A stretch of 64,000 nt of DNA from Candidatus Latescibacterota bacterium (GTDB taxonomy: Bacteria; Latescibacterota; UBA2968; UBA8231), in contig CBDCSU010000006.1 of assembly GCA_965221775.1 (NCBI GenBank), positions 224,001 through 288,000 on the forward strand, in the 5' to 3' direction. Below the pieces are notes generated by a model. That model saw only the letters and a list, made by a program, of their open reading frames with translations. It had not been told where the DNA came from and did no database searches. Both the position numbers and the translations under genes were made by a program. This document shows, in pieces, positions 7,613 through 16,959 of this stretch. Each line of letters opens with the position of its first letter. Within the stretch, counting starts at the first letter, position 1.

Positions 7613-10315
7613 TCAGCGGGTCAGGGTGGAGACGGCCTTGCTGATCATCGCCAGGGCGGCGCAGAACATGCCGACCAGGGCCATGCCGACGCCGAAGCCG
7701 ACGCTGAGCACCATGGCGTAGCGCCGCCACTGCTGCTTGCCGTAGCGTTTCCAGAAGTAGTAGCGGCCCAGCAGGGCGCCGATGATCTGCGGCAGCAGCG
7801 CGTGGGGGATCCCGTTGACGCTCTGCACGTACCCCCAGATCAGGAAGATGGGAACGCCGAAGGCGGCCAGCGTGAAGTAGGCCGTCAGCCCGAAGCCGGC
7901 GCCGAGGAGGATGATCTTCCACTTCTTGCCGCCCAGGGGATGGTGGATGTCCTCGTCCACCAGCCCGTCGCCGTCGTCATCGCTCCCGTTCCTGACCTCC
8001 TCGTCGATGAGGCCGTCGCCGTCGTCGTCCTTGCCGTCCCCCGTGTACTTCACGTCCTCCCACAGCACCTCGTACAGCATGGGAACGTCCGACGACCTCT
8101 GCAGGAAGGTGCCGTCGAAGGTGGGCCGCAGGTCGATCTCGAGGTAGAACTCGACCGAGTCCGCCGGCGCCAGCGCCAGCTGGGCGCGCAGGTTCGGGTT
8201 CATCGCCTCGCGGCCCTGGAGCACGGCCCCGTGGGGCGGCCACACCAGCCCCGGCGCCGGGGGCGGCTCGAGCCCCGGGGAGGGCCGCCCGGGGCCGGCG
8301 GCGGTGTCGGGGGCCGGCGGCGGCCGCGTCCCTTCGAAAGCCTGCGGGTCCGGGCCGGCGCGCGGCGGGTTGCCGCCCTTGAAGTCGGTGTAGAAGCAGC
8401 GGGTCTCCGACCACGGGCCGTACTCCCGCTTGAGCTCGTCGGGGATGTGGTGCTCCCGGGTGGCGCGCACCCGCCAGTACCACCAGTGGCCGTCCTGCAG
8501 ATTGCTCGGGCTCCAGGCGACCTGGCCGTGGCCCAGGAGTTCGTCCTCGAGGCGCTCACCGGCCCGCCACGTCTTGCTGTACATGGTGCTCGAGTAGAAC
8601 AGGGCCTGATCGAAGGCCCGCAGCGGCCACATGCGCTGGGCGTAGGGGTAGCTCTCCGAGGGAATCGGCGCCAGCCGCCACAGGAAGGTCCAGTACATCA
8701 GGCTGACGCCGAGGACGATGGGCAGCATGAACAGCTCGGCCTTGAGGAGGCTGGTGAAGCGCATGCCCACCAGCTCGACGACGCGGAAGCCCTCGGCGTG
8801 GCCGCCGAAGTTGCGGGCCGGGAAGGGCACGAACCAGACGTCGACGCCCCGGTACCCGGTGAGAAAGATGATCGCCTCGTTGATGTACGGGATCGACACC
8901 TCGCGCCCGATGAGGCCGTCGAGGCGGGCGCTGACGAAGGACATGATCGGCGCGTATACGAAGGCGATGAGGCAGAAGGTGACCAGCAGGCCGACGCCGA
9001 CGAGGGTGGGGAACAGGGTCTTGGCGAGGACGATGGGGTAGACGGCGGAGAGGCTGAAGAGGGCGATGCAGGCCCAGATGTGGAAGTCGCCCCGGCCCAG
9101 GTGCCGGATGCAGTACCCCCGCACCTCCGACGGCCGGTTGCAGCCTTCGTGCCGGCACGTGGACGGAGCGGGAGGGCCGCCGTCGCCGAAGTACCGCTGG
9201 ATCTGGTCCTTCTGGCGGCCCAGGGTGGACCACAGCTGGTAGAAGCTGATGAGGGTGACGGCCAGGGTGATGCCGATCCCGAAGGCCCGCCAGAAGTCGA
9301 TGCCGGTGGCGATCTGGGTGCTGATCGTGTCCATGCCCAGGGCCCACCGCGGCAGCAGGCCCAGCTGGTGGAGGACCGGGCTCACGGCGGTGTGCACGAC
9401 GACGCCGGCGAAGGAGCCGATGACCGACCAGAACGGCATCAGCAGGCCGGCGAAGATGGGGCCCAGATGGAGGGTGACGCCCAGGGGCGCGGCGGGCAGG
9501 AAGTTGCCGAAGTAGGGGGTGAGGTCGGCGAAGGGGATGGGGATCAGCTCCTGCCTCTGGCCGAGGACCTCCGTCAGCGTCGGGATGCCGACGTAGAGGA
9601 AGCCGAAGGCGACGCCGATGACGGCCCCGACGCTGAAGATCGGCCACTTCCAGGTCTCTTTCTCATGGCCGCTCTCCTCGGCCAGGGCCATCGACCCCAG
9701 GGCCGACATGGGCGCCGTCGGGAAGGGCAGCTGCTCGCGGTCGGAGGTGAGGCGGAAGAGGACGTACCCGGAGGTGAACCACGAGACCCGCCCGACGATG
9801 GTGCCGAGGACGAGGAGGCCGATGGGCCAGGCCCAGTCCGGGTGGAGGAAGGTGCGCAGCCCGTGGGCTTCCGACCCCGGCCCCGGGGCCCACCAGAACG
9901 GGAGGACCTCGGAGACGCCGAACTGCTCGGCCTCGGGCGAGCGCACGAAGTACTGCCGCCACAGCAGGTCGAGGAAGGCGCCCTCCTCGCGCACCACCAG
10001 CGCGCCGGCCACGTAGACGAGCAGGTAGATCTCCTGGCGCGTGAGGGAGGTGAAGGAGCGCTTGGCCACCTCCAGGAAGAGGATCACCGTCACCCACTGG
10101 GCGGCGGCGCCGATGCCCCCGCCGGTGACCAGGCCCAGGTACATCTCTCCCGGCGTCATGATCAGCGAGATGAAGAGCACCCCGATGATCGTGCGCATGG
10201 TGAAGCCCTCGTCGAAGCGGTCGGGCGGCTGCAGCAGGTCGCGGTACTCCTTGACCTCCTCCCACTCCCGCTCGAGCCGGGCCTGTTGCCTGCTCGTCAG
10301 CCCCTGGTCAGCCAA
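7613..10315 (-). CDS. OPT-like 'peptide transporter' membrane protein with zinc-finger-like and Ca-loop insertions
   Basis: 900 aa, polytopic; EGFTMRTIIGVLF, AAQWVTVILFLEVAKRSF, LTSDREQLPFPTAP, IPSESYPYAQRMW. TTG start with GAGG RBS. Confidence 0.7.
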   Translation of the reverse strand: MADQGLTSRQQARLEREWEEVKEYRDLLQPPDRFDEGFTMRTIIGVLFISLIMTPGEMYLGLVTGGGIGAAAQWVTVILFLEVAKRSFTSLTRQEIYLLVYVAGALVVREEGAFLDLLWRQYFVRSPEAEQFGVSEVLPFWWAPGPGSEAHGLRTFLHPDWAWPIGLLVLGTIVGRVSWFTSGYVLFRLTSDREQLPFPTAPMSALGSMALAEESGHEKETWKWPIFSVGAVIGVAFGFLYVGIPTLTEVLGQRQELIPIPFADLTPYFGNFLPAAPLGVTLHLGPIFAGLLMPFWSVIGSFAGVVVHTAVSPVLHQLGLLPRWALGMDTISTQIATGIDFWRAFGIGITLAVTLISFYQLWSTLGRQKDQIQRYFGDGGPPAPSTCRHEGCNRPSEVRGYCIRHLGRGDFHIWACIALFSLSAVYPIVLAKTLFPTLVGVGLLVTFCLIAFVYAPIMSFVSARLDGLIGREVSIPYINEAIIFLTGYRGVDVWFVPFPARNFGGHAEGFRVVELVGMRFTSLLKAELFMLPIVLGVSLMYWTFLWRLAPIPSESYPYAQRMWPLRAFDQALFYSSTMYSKTWRAGERLEDELLGHGQVAWSPSNLQDGHWWYWRVRATREHHIPDELKREYGPWSETRCFYTDFKGGNPPRAGPDPQAFEGTRPPPAPDTAAGPGRPSPGLEPPPAPGLVWPPHGAVLQGREAMNPNLRAQLALAPADSVEFYLEIDLRPTFDGTFLQRSSDVPMLYEVLWEDVKYTGDGKDDDGDGLIDEEVRNGSDDDGDGLVDEDIHHPLGGKKWKIILLGAGFGLTAYFTLAAFGVPIFLIWGYVQSVNGIPHALLPQIIGALLGRYYFWKRYGKQQWRRYAMVLSVGFGVGMALVGMFCAALAMISKAVSTLTR

Positions 10316-10342
10316 TCGACCTCGGCATCCGGACCGCGGCCT

Positions 10343-13054
10343 CTACATCCCGGTCCATATCCCCTCCCCTTCGCGGATGAAGATCCTGCGGTCGACGGGA
10401 AGGTCCGTGAAGATCTCGGGATCGCTCCCGGGCCAGCGGACCTCGATCCGGTCGATCTTCGCCGCCTTGCCGAGGCCGAACTCGACCGGCGGCGAGTTGG
10501 AGCTGCCGAATCCCTCCCCGTTGTGCTTCTCCCGCATGAGGGTCCGTCCCCCCGCGGTGACGTAGATCCGGGTGTCGAGGGCGTCCCGGTTGCTCTTCGT
10601 GCCCTCGAGGTCGATGTGGATCCAGTGGTTGCCCGACTCCTGGAGGTTCAGGTAGAAGGCGTTCGGGAACTGGTCTCCGTGGACGAACCCGCCCTCGGGG
10701 GCGTAGATCTCGAGATCGCCGTCGAGATCGATGTCGACGAAGGTCTCGCCGTGCCCCTTGCCCACGTTGGCGACGCCGGCGGCGAAGGTGAGGTCGGTGA
10801 AGGTCCCGTCCCCGTTGTTGCGGTAGAGGCGGTCCGGCTCCATCCGCTCGATCGCCGGATCACCCGTCCCGAAGTAGATGTCGAGGTAGCCGTCGTTGTC
10901 CAGATCGGCCACCCCCGTTCCCATGGCCCCGTTCGGGTGGAGGAACCCGGCCTCCACCGACACATCGGTGAACGTCCCGTCTCCGTTGTTGCGGTAGAGC
11001 CTCGTGCAGTGCCGGAGCATCGCCTTCTTCTTCTGCGCCGGCAGGTCGTCGTAACGGTCCGAGAGTCCCAGCAGCACGTCGTTCCACGGGGCCAGCGCCG
11101 GGCGCAGGATGTCGAGATCGAGATCGTTGTCGTAGTCGAAGAAGAAGCAGGTGTAGCCGGTGGTGAGCAGCTCGTCGTCGAGGAGGCCGGCCTCGGCGGC
11201 GCGGTCCGTGAAGGTGCCGTCGCCGTTGTTCCGGTAGAGCCGGTTCGCCGTCTCGTACCCGCTCACGAAGAGATCGGGCCAGCCGTCGTCGTCGCAGTCG
11301 CCCCAGCAGTTCCCGATCGTCCGGGTCCCGGGGTCCTCCCGGAGCCCCGCCGCCGCGGTCACGTCGGTGAAGGTGCCGTCGAGATTGTTCCGGTACAGGG
11401 TGTTGGTATCGCCGCCCCCGGTGATGCCGTTGGCGACGTAGAGGTCGACGCCGCCGTCCCGGTCGTAGTCCGACCACTGGCACACGAAGGTCGAGCCCGG
11501 GTCCCCCAGTCCGGCGGCGTCCGTCGTCTCGGTGAAGGTCCCGTCCCCGTTGTTCGTGAAGAGCGAGTTGGCAATGGGGCCGTGCCAACCGTCGCGGCCG
11601 ACGTGCAGATCGATCCAGCCGTCGTTGTCGTAGTCCGACCAGGTGGCGCTGAAGCCGGACTGCACGTGAAACAGGTTCGCCTCCCGGGAGACGTCGGTGA
11701 AGCGCTCGCCGTCGTTCCGGTACAGGGCCCCGTAGCTGTCGCTGCCGGTGACGAACAGATCGTAGTCGCCGTCCCGGTCGTAGTCGCCCCAGGCGCTCGG
11801 CCCCAGGCCGTCGTACTTGTCGATGCCGTACGCCGCCGCCGCGTCCTCGAAGAGAAGGGGGGTCGGATCCCCCGGCAGGGCCAGGTCCCTGCGGAACCGG
11901 AACGCCGTCCGCTCGTCCGGCGGGGTCCCCAGCCCCTCGTGGGCCAGGTGAAGGAGCCAGAGATGGCCCAGCTCCCGCCGGGAGTTCCTTGGCGCTCCGG
12001 CCAGGGATTCCTCGAGCAGCGCGACGGCCTCGGCGTAGCGCTCCTGCTTGAGGCGCGCCAGTCCCTTGCGCCCGATCTGGAACTGCCGGAAGTCCCCCGC
12101 CACACGCGGGTCCCCCAGGAGCAGATCGGCCAGCGCGATCGACTCGTCGTAGTCCGCCATGAGCATCGCCACGCGGCTCAGCATGTGGATGATGTCCCGG
12201 GCCATGGGCGATCCGGGGTGGACCTGGTCGTACACCTTCTCGAGCTCGGTCCGGGCGATGTCGAAGATGAGGGCCGAAGCCATGGGCCGCAGCCCGGGAC
12301 GATCGCTGTAGTCGACCCGGATCTGCCCGAGGACGAGCATCTTCGCGAAATAGAGGCGCACCGCCGCGAGATCGGGGTACTTCGCCAGGATCTCCTCGAT
12401 CACCGGGACCGCCCTGCTCGGGGCGTACTGCCCTTCTCTGTAGAGGCCCTGCACCGCTTGGCGGAACCGGCGCAGGTCGGCGGCGTTCTTCGACCCCTCC
12501 CTCACCTCCACGAGCCGGAGATTCGGCCCGCTTCCGCCTTCGTAGTAGCGCCCGAAGGAGGCGATCTCCAGCTCGCCCATCTGGCCGTACGCCGCCAGCA
12601 CCGCGTCCCGGTGAGCGCGGGCGGCCGCCTCGTTGCGGCGGCGCCTTTCGAGCTCGTACAGCAGGCGATGGGCCTTCACGCTCTGCGGCCGCAGGGCGAG
12701 CACCTTCCGCAACAACCCGATCCCCGCCTCGATGTCGGCCGGCCTCGCCGACGTCGCCATGAGGAGCCGGGCCTGCTGAAAGAGCAGCTCCGGATCATCG
12801 GGCCGCAGCCGCGCGCAGGCTTCGAACTCGGCGCGGGCGGATTCCGGCAGGTTTCGGCGGAGCTGCTCGATGCCGAGGCGCAGGCGCCGCTTGAACTCCA
12901 TGCCGGCCTGCGGTTGCGGCTCCCTTCCCGGCTCCGAGCCGCCGCCTCCTCCCCCGCTGCAGGCGGGAACGAGGGGAACCGCCAGCACGAGGCCGGTCCA
13001 CGCGGCCCGACGGAGGATCGTCCTACCGATGCTCATCCGACGCGATTCTGCCAT
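10343..13054 (-). CDS. CRTAC1/ASPIC-UnbV family lipoprotein (TPR + FG-GAP repeats + UnbV)
   Basis: Lipobox-like VPAC, TPR region, repeated DYDNDGxxDL / LYRNNGDGTFTD motifs, C-terminal GEGFGSSNSPPVEFGLG...IEVRWP. Confidence 0.88.
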   Translation of the reverse strand: MAESRRMSIGRTILRRAAWTGLVLAVPLVPACSGGGGGGSEPGREPQPQAGMEFKRRLRLGIEQLRRNLPESARAEFEACARLRPDDPELLFQQARLLMATSARPADIEAGIGLLRKVLALRPQSVKAHRLLYELERRRRNEAAARAHRDAVLAAYGQMGELEIASFGRYYEGGSGPNLRLVEVREGSKNAADLRRFRQAVQGLYREGQYAPSRAVPVIEEILAKYPDLAAVRLYFAKMLVLGQIRVDYSDRPGLRPMASALIFDIARTELEKVYDQVHPGSPMARDIIHMLSRVAMLMADYDESIALADLLLGDPRVAGDFRQFQIGRKGLARLKQERYAEAVALLEESLAGAPRNSRRELGHLWLLHLAHEGLGTPPDERTAFRFRRDLALPGDPTPLLFEDAAAAYGIDKYDGLGPSAWGDYDRDGDYDLFVTGSDSYGALYRNDGERFTDVSREANLFHVQSGFSATWSDYDNDGWIDLHVGRDGWHGPIANSLFTNNGDGTFTETTDAAGLGDPGSTFVCQWSDYDRDGGVDLYVANGITGGGDTNTLYRNNLDGTFTDVTAAAGLREDPGTRTIGNCWGDCDDDGWPDLFVSGYETANRLYRNNGDGTFTDRAAEAGLLDDELLTTGYTCFFFDYDNDLDLDILRPALAPWNDVLLGLSDRYDDLPAQKKKAMLRHCTRLYRNNGDGTFTDVSVEAGFLHPNGAMGTGVADLDNDGYLDIYFGTGDPAIERMEPDRLYRNNGDGTFTDLTFAAGVANVGKGHGETFVDIDLDGDLEIYAPEGGFVHGDQFPNAFYLNLQESGNHWIHIDLEGTKSNRDALDTRIYVTAGGRTLMREKHNGEGFGSSNSPPVEFGLGKAAKIDRIEVRWPGSDPEIFTDLPVDRRIFIREGEGIWTGM

Positions 13055-13700
13055 CGTCGAGCCGGACGATCCGTCTCCCCTCCGGGATCACCTCGACGTC
13101 GTGGGCGGCCGCCACCACCGTCAGTCCGCCGCGGTGGAGATCCGCGATCAGCTTCCAGAGGATCCCGGCGTTGCGCCGGTCCAGGTTCGCCGTGGGCTCG
13201 TCGGCGAAGAGCACGTCCGGCCGGTTCGCCAGCGCCCGCGCCAGGGCGGCGCGCTGCATCTCCCCGCGGGACAGGGCGTCCGGCCGGTGGCGCGCCCGGT
13301 GGGCGATGTTCACCCCCTCCAGGAGGCGCTCCGCCTCGTCCGCGTCCCCGCCGCGACCGCCGAACAACAGCGGCAGCCGGACGTTTCCCAGCACCGTGAG
13401 ATGGCGCACGAGCCGGAAGTCCTGGAAGACGAACCCCATGCGCTCCCGGCGAATCCGGGCGAGCCGCCCCGGCGCCGCCGACTCGAGGGCCTCGTCGTCG
13501 AACCTCACGGCCCCGCGCGTCGGCCGGTCCATCCCCGCCAGGAGCGACAGCAGCGTCGACTTCCCCGACCCGGACTCCCCCGTCACCACGACGAACTCTC
13601 CCCGACCGATGGCCAGGGTCACGTCGGCGAGGGCCGTCACGCTGGTTCCCGGCTGGGGGAACTCCTTCCAGACCCCGCTCGCCGACAGCAGCGCCGTCAC
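13023..13700 (-). CDS. ABC transporter ATP-binding protein (LolD/MacB/FtsE-like)
   Basis: Walker A GESGSGKST, GFVFQ Q-loop, LSRGEMQR signature variant, Walker B LFADEPTANLD, H-loop. Start GTG 13700 overlapping the permease stop. Confidence 0.92.
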   Translation of the reverse strand: MTALLSASGVWKEFPQPGTSVTALADVTLAIGRGEFVVVTGESGSGKSTLLSLLAGMDRPTRGAVRFDDEALESAAPGRLARIRRERMGFVFQDFRLVRHLTVLGNVRLPLLFGGRGGDADEAERLLEGVNIAHRARHRPDALSRGEMQRAALARALANRPDVLFADEPTANLDRRNAGILWKLIADLHRGGLTVVAAAHDVEVIPEGRRIVRLDDGRIASDEHR

Positions 13701-14860
13701 GCGGCCCCGCGGGAGGACTTGAGCGCCGGATAGACCCCCGCGAGAAGGCAGAGAACCACGACCGCGGCGGCGCTGCCGAGGAGGGTTTCCGGGGTCACGG
13801 CCACCACCGGTCCCGCCGGAACGAAGGTGAGGGTGGAACGCACGACCCACTCGGCGGCCCCCCGCAGCGCCAGGGTGAGCCCCGCTCCGACGACGGCGCC
13901 GGCCAGGCTGAGCAGCAGGGACTCGGCCCAGACGAGCTGGAAGAGGGTCCAGCCCGGGCATCCCAGGGCCCGCAGCACCCCCATTTCCGGAGTCCGCTCG
14001 TTCACCGTGATCAGGGCGACGCTGAACACCCCCATGAGGGCGGCGACGAGGCAGACCGCCCCGAAGGCCAGCAGCAGGGCCCGCACCCCCCTCAGGATGT
14101 TGAGGATCGCACCCTGCACCTGGGACATGCGCACCACCTGCAGCGACGGAATGTCGTACAGGCGATCGATGAAGGGGCCGGCATCGCCCATGTCGTGCAG
14201 GCGGATTCCGATCCCGGTGAGGCGGTCCCGCCGCTCGAACAGGTCCTGGCTCACCTCGAGGGGCAGGAAGACGGTTCCGTCGTCCTGGGTTCCCAGCTTG
14301 TCGAGGATCCCCTGGACGCGGAAGGTCCGGTCCCTCACGCCGATGGTATCCCCGATTCCGAGGCGGCGGTACTCGGCGACGTTGAATCCGAGGATGGCCT
14401 CGTCGGCCAGGGCGCCGCTGAACCACTCCCCCCGCTGGAACCCGACGCCGGGTTTCAGCGCCAGAAAGCTCTCGTCGATTCCGACATGGAGCTGGTGGGA
14501 GCTGCCGCCGCGGTCGGGAACGGCCTGCATGAAGAACCGCGTCGCGTCCTTCACCTCGGGCTGCTCCACGATGTGGCGGTACACCTCCTCGCGGATGTAC
14601 ATCGGAATCGACCCTCCGCGCAGGATCAGGGTCGCCGCCTCGTGAGGGCATCCCTTCCCCGTCACGAGGATCTGGTAGCCCATGGAGTCGATGTTGTGGT
14701 CGAGGGATTGCCGGTAGCCGGCCTGGAAGCCGAGAATGCCGGCCACCAGCGCGGTGGCGAGCCCCACCGCGGCGATGGTGAGGAGGGTCCGGGTCTTGTG
14801 AAAGGCCAGGCCCTGCAAGGCCCAGGAGGCGGTCATCCGCAACCGTCGGGCGGAACCCAT
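13697..14860 (-). CDS. ABC transporter permease, MacB/FtsX (type VII) family
   Basis: RTLLTIAAVGLA TM1, periplasmic domain with GKGCPHE, VNERTPEMGVLRALG, three C-terminal TMs ending AGVYPA. Confidence 0.9.
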   Translation of the reverse strand: MGSARRLRMTASWALQGLAFHKTRTLLTIAAVGLATALVAGILGFQAGYRQSLDHNIDSMGYQILVTGKGCPHEAATLILRGGSIPMYIREEVYRHIVEQPEVKDATRFFMQAVPDRGGSSHQLHVGIDESFLALKPGVGFQRGEWFSGALADEAILGFNVAEYRRLGIGDTIGVRDRTFRVQGILDKLGTQDDGTVFLPLEVSQDLFERRDRLTGIGIRLHDMGDAGPFIDRLYDIPSLQVVRMSQVQGAILNILRGVRALLLAFGAVCLVAALMGVFSVALITVNERTPEMGVLRALGCPGWTLFQLVWAESLLLSLAGAVVGAGLTLALRGAAEWVVRSTLTFVPAGPVVAVTPETLLGSAAAVVVLCLLAGVYPALKSSRGAA

Positions 14861-14869
14861 GCTCCTCCC

Positions 14870-15286
14870 CTACTTCACCACGAGTCCCACGGCGCGGATG
14901 GCGAGGTCCGGCCGCTCTCCCACGAGCCGGCCCGCGAGGATCGCCCTCTTCCCCTCGATTCCCGCCGCTACGGTGAACTCCGCTCCCCCCCTCAGATCGA
15001 CAAAGATCTCCACCGGCTCCTCCCCCGTGAGATCGCGCAGGGTGAACCAGCAGCCATCCGACCGGCAGACCGTGCCGATGGTGCCCGAGACGGTGATGGG
15101 CTCCTCGCGCTTGGCGGGGAGATCCACCATGAGGTCCTTCAGGGGGATGGCAGAGGACTCGTCCACCGCCTCGCCGTACGCCCTTGATCCTCCATCACCG
15201 CAACCGCATGCGATGGCGGCGAGAGCCGCCGCGACGGCGGTGGTCCGGAGGGTCCTGCAGCCGTGACGGGCCGCGCCGGTCGGCAT
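14870..15286 (-). CDS. Small lipoprotein, DUF4920-like (OB-fold-like)
   Basis: Lipobox-like IACGC, YGEAV, ITVSGTIGTVCRSDGCWFTL motif. Start re-assigned to ATG 15286. Confidence 0.6.
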   Translation of the reverse strand: MPTGAARHGCRTLRTTAVAAALAAIACGCGDGGSRAYGEAVDESSAIPLKDLMVDLPAKREEPITVSGTIGTVCRSDGCWFTLRDLTGEEPVEIFVDLRGGAEFTVAAGIEGKRAILAGRLVGERPDLAIRAVGLVVK

Positions 15287-15519
15287 GGTCGACTCCCGTC
15301 GGGAGAGCCCCGCCATGCCTTGGCCCGACTCGAAGGTGTGAATACCGCGCGTCCTCTCGCAGGTGGGGCCGCTTGGCGGCGAAACGGACAGCGCCACGGG
15401 CGGCATGGTCAGCAGTCGGTCAAAGATAGGGCAATGGGCCACTTGGCGGCGCCGGGCAACGCATGCCCCCCGTATCCCTATCATTGCGAGTCACCTCCCG
15501 GAGATGTGCCGAGATTCCG

Positions 15520-16959
15520 ATGCGGGCAACGCTGCGCCGAACCAGCTGGTTTGCGGCACCGCTGATGGCGGTGATCGCCGCGTCGTGGGCCTTCGACCTC
15601 TTCGTCGGCCCGCCGGTGCCCGAGCCGGCCGCTCTCGACCGGATGGACCCCATCGTCGCCGAAGCCGTCCGCGAGGCCCTCGAATCCGCCCGCCGCCAGC
15701 GCGGTGACGAGAGCCGCCGAATGAGACTCGGCATGGTGTACGAAGCGAACGGCATGCTCGGCCTCGCCATGGCGTGCTACGGCGAGGTGGCAGAGGCCCG
15801 CCCCCACGATGCCCGGGTCCGGTACCGGATCGCCCACGTAGAGGAACGTAGTGGAGACCTGGGGGCAGCGATCGAGTCGGCCCGGGAGGCCGTCGAGCTC
15901 GATCCCTCCTACCCGCCGGCCCGCGCCCAGCTCGGTCTCTGGCTCCTCGATGACGGCAGGATGGATGAAGCGGCGGCACACTTTCGCGAGGTAGTCGAGA
16001 AAGAGCGCAACGAGGCGGCGCTCTTCGGAATGGTGCTTCACGCGATGCGCGCGCGCGCGCCCGAGCGGGCCTCGAAGCTGCTCCTGGAGCACGATCTTCT
16101 CAACGGTTCGAACTCCGGCTACGCGAGACACCTCGACCTGAACATCCGCCGGCAACTGGGAGAGCGGGTGAGCGCTTCCGAGGCGGGGCCGGGAGGCGAG
16201 GTTCGCCCCCAGTGGCGCGACCCCTGGAACGATGCGGTCAGGGCGCATCAGACGGGGGTGAGGCTGCTCAGGAGGGCGGCCCGCGGGCACATGAGTCGAG
16301 GCGAGTATGCGCACGCGGCGAGTCTCCTCGAGCGCGCTCTCCGCGCCGAGCCCGGGAACACGCGGATCCTGATCGCCCTGGCCACCTGTTACCGGCAGCA
16401 GGGGCGGACCGGGGAGTCCGCCGCGGCTCTCGACGAAGCGTTGCGGCTCGCCCCGGATGACTACTGGACGAACCTGAATCGCGCCGACATGCTCCTCGCC
16501 GAGGGGCACGCCGGCGCCGAGGCCCTGCGTTCCGCCTACGGGCATGCCCGGGCCGCCGCACGGGCCCGGCCGGAGTCCGGGGACGCGTGGGCCCTCGTGG
16601 GACGAGCCTTTCAGGCCATGCGCCGCTTCGACGAGGCGATCGACGCCTTCCTGCACGCCTATGAAGTGGACAGCCGGGACTCCTCGGTTCTCACCCAGGC
16701 CGGGTTCCTGCTCTACCAGCAGGGGCGCGGGGACGAGGCGCAACAGCTCTTCCGCCGGGTGTGCGAGCTGGATCGGCAGGCCGGATCCCCGCGCGTCGGA
16801 CTGGCGATGATCGCCATGGACCGGAAGGACGTGAAGGAAGCCGGCGCGTTGCTGGAGGAAGCGCTCCACCTGCGCCACGACCATGGCAGACTCTGGGAGC
16901 ACGCCGCCGGGCGGCTCCGGGGCTTGCGTGTCGAGATGGGCGGGAACGGGAATGACTGA
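15520..16959 (+). CDS. Tetratricopeptide repeat protein with N-terminal signal/TM
   Basis: Multiple TPR units (AVELDPSYPPA, ALRAEPGN, ALRLAPDD); overlaps the start of the downstream CRTAC1 gene. Confidence 0.8.
   Translation: MRATLRRTSWFAAPLMAVIAASWAFDLFVGPPVPEPAALDRMDPIVAEAVREALESARRQRGDESRRMRLGMVYEANGMLGLAMACYGEVAEARPHDARVRYRIAHVEERSGDLGAAIESAREAVELDPSYPPARAQLGLWLLDDGRMDEAAAHFREVVEKERNEAALFGMVLHAMRARAPERASKLLLEHDLLNGSNSGYARHLDLNIRRQLGERVSASEAGPGGEVRPQWRDPWNDAVRAHQTGVRLLRRAARGHMSRGEYAHAASLLERALRAEPGNTRILIALATCYRQQGRTGESAAALDEALRLAPDDYWTNLNRADMLLAEGHAGAEALRSAYGHARAAARARPESGDAWALVGRAFQAMRRFDEAIDAFLHAYEVDSRDSSVLTQAGFLLYQQGRGDEAQQLFRRVCELDRQAGSPRVGLAMIAMDRKDVKEAGALLEEALHLRHDHGRLWEHAAGRLRGLRVEMGGNGND

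Noticed and set aside
10700-11800. Recurrent GTCGTTGTCGTAGTC-like DNA repeats (also 17200-18320 and 46600-47830) as a possible CRISPR array
   Set aside because: They encode DYDNDG FG-GAP motifs in CRTAC1 proteins; irregular spacing, degenerate at third codon positions, no cas genes.
7802-13399. 1865-aa plus-strand ORF (also 21700..26505, 27746..30916, 32839..35850, 55730..58759)
   Set aside because: Antisense shadows of well-supported minus-strand genes; typical of high-GC DNA with few stops; no recognisable motifs.
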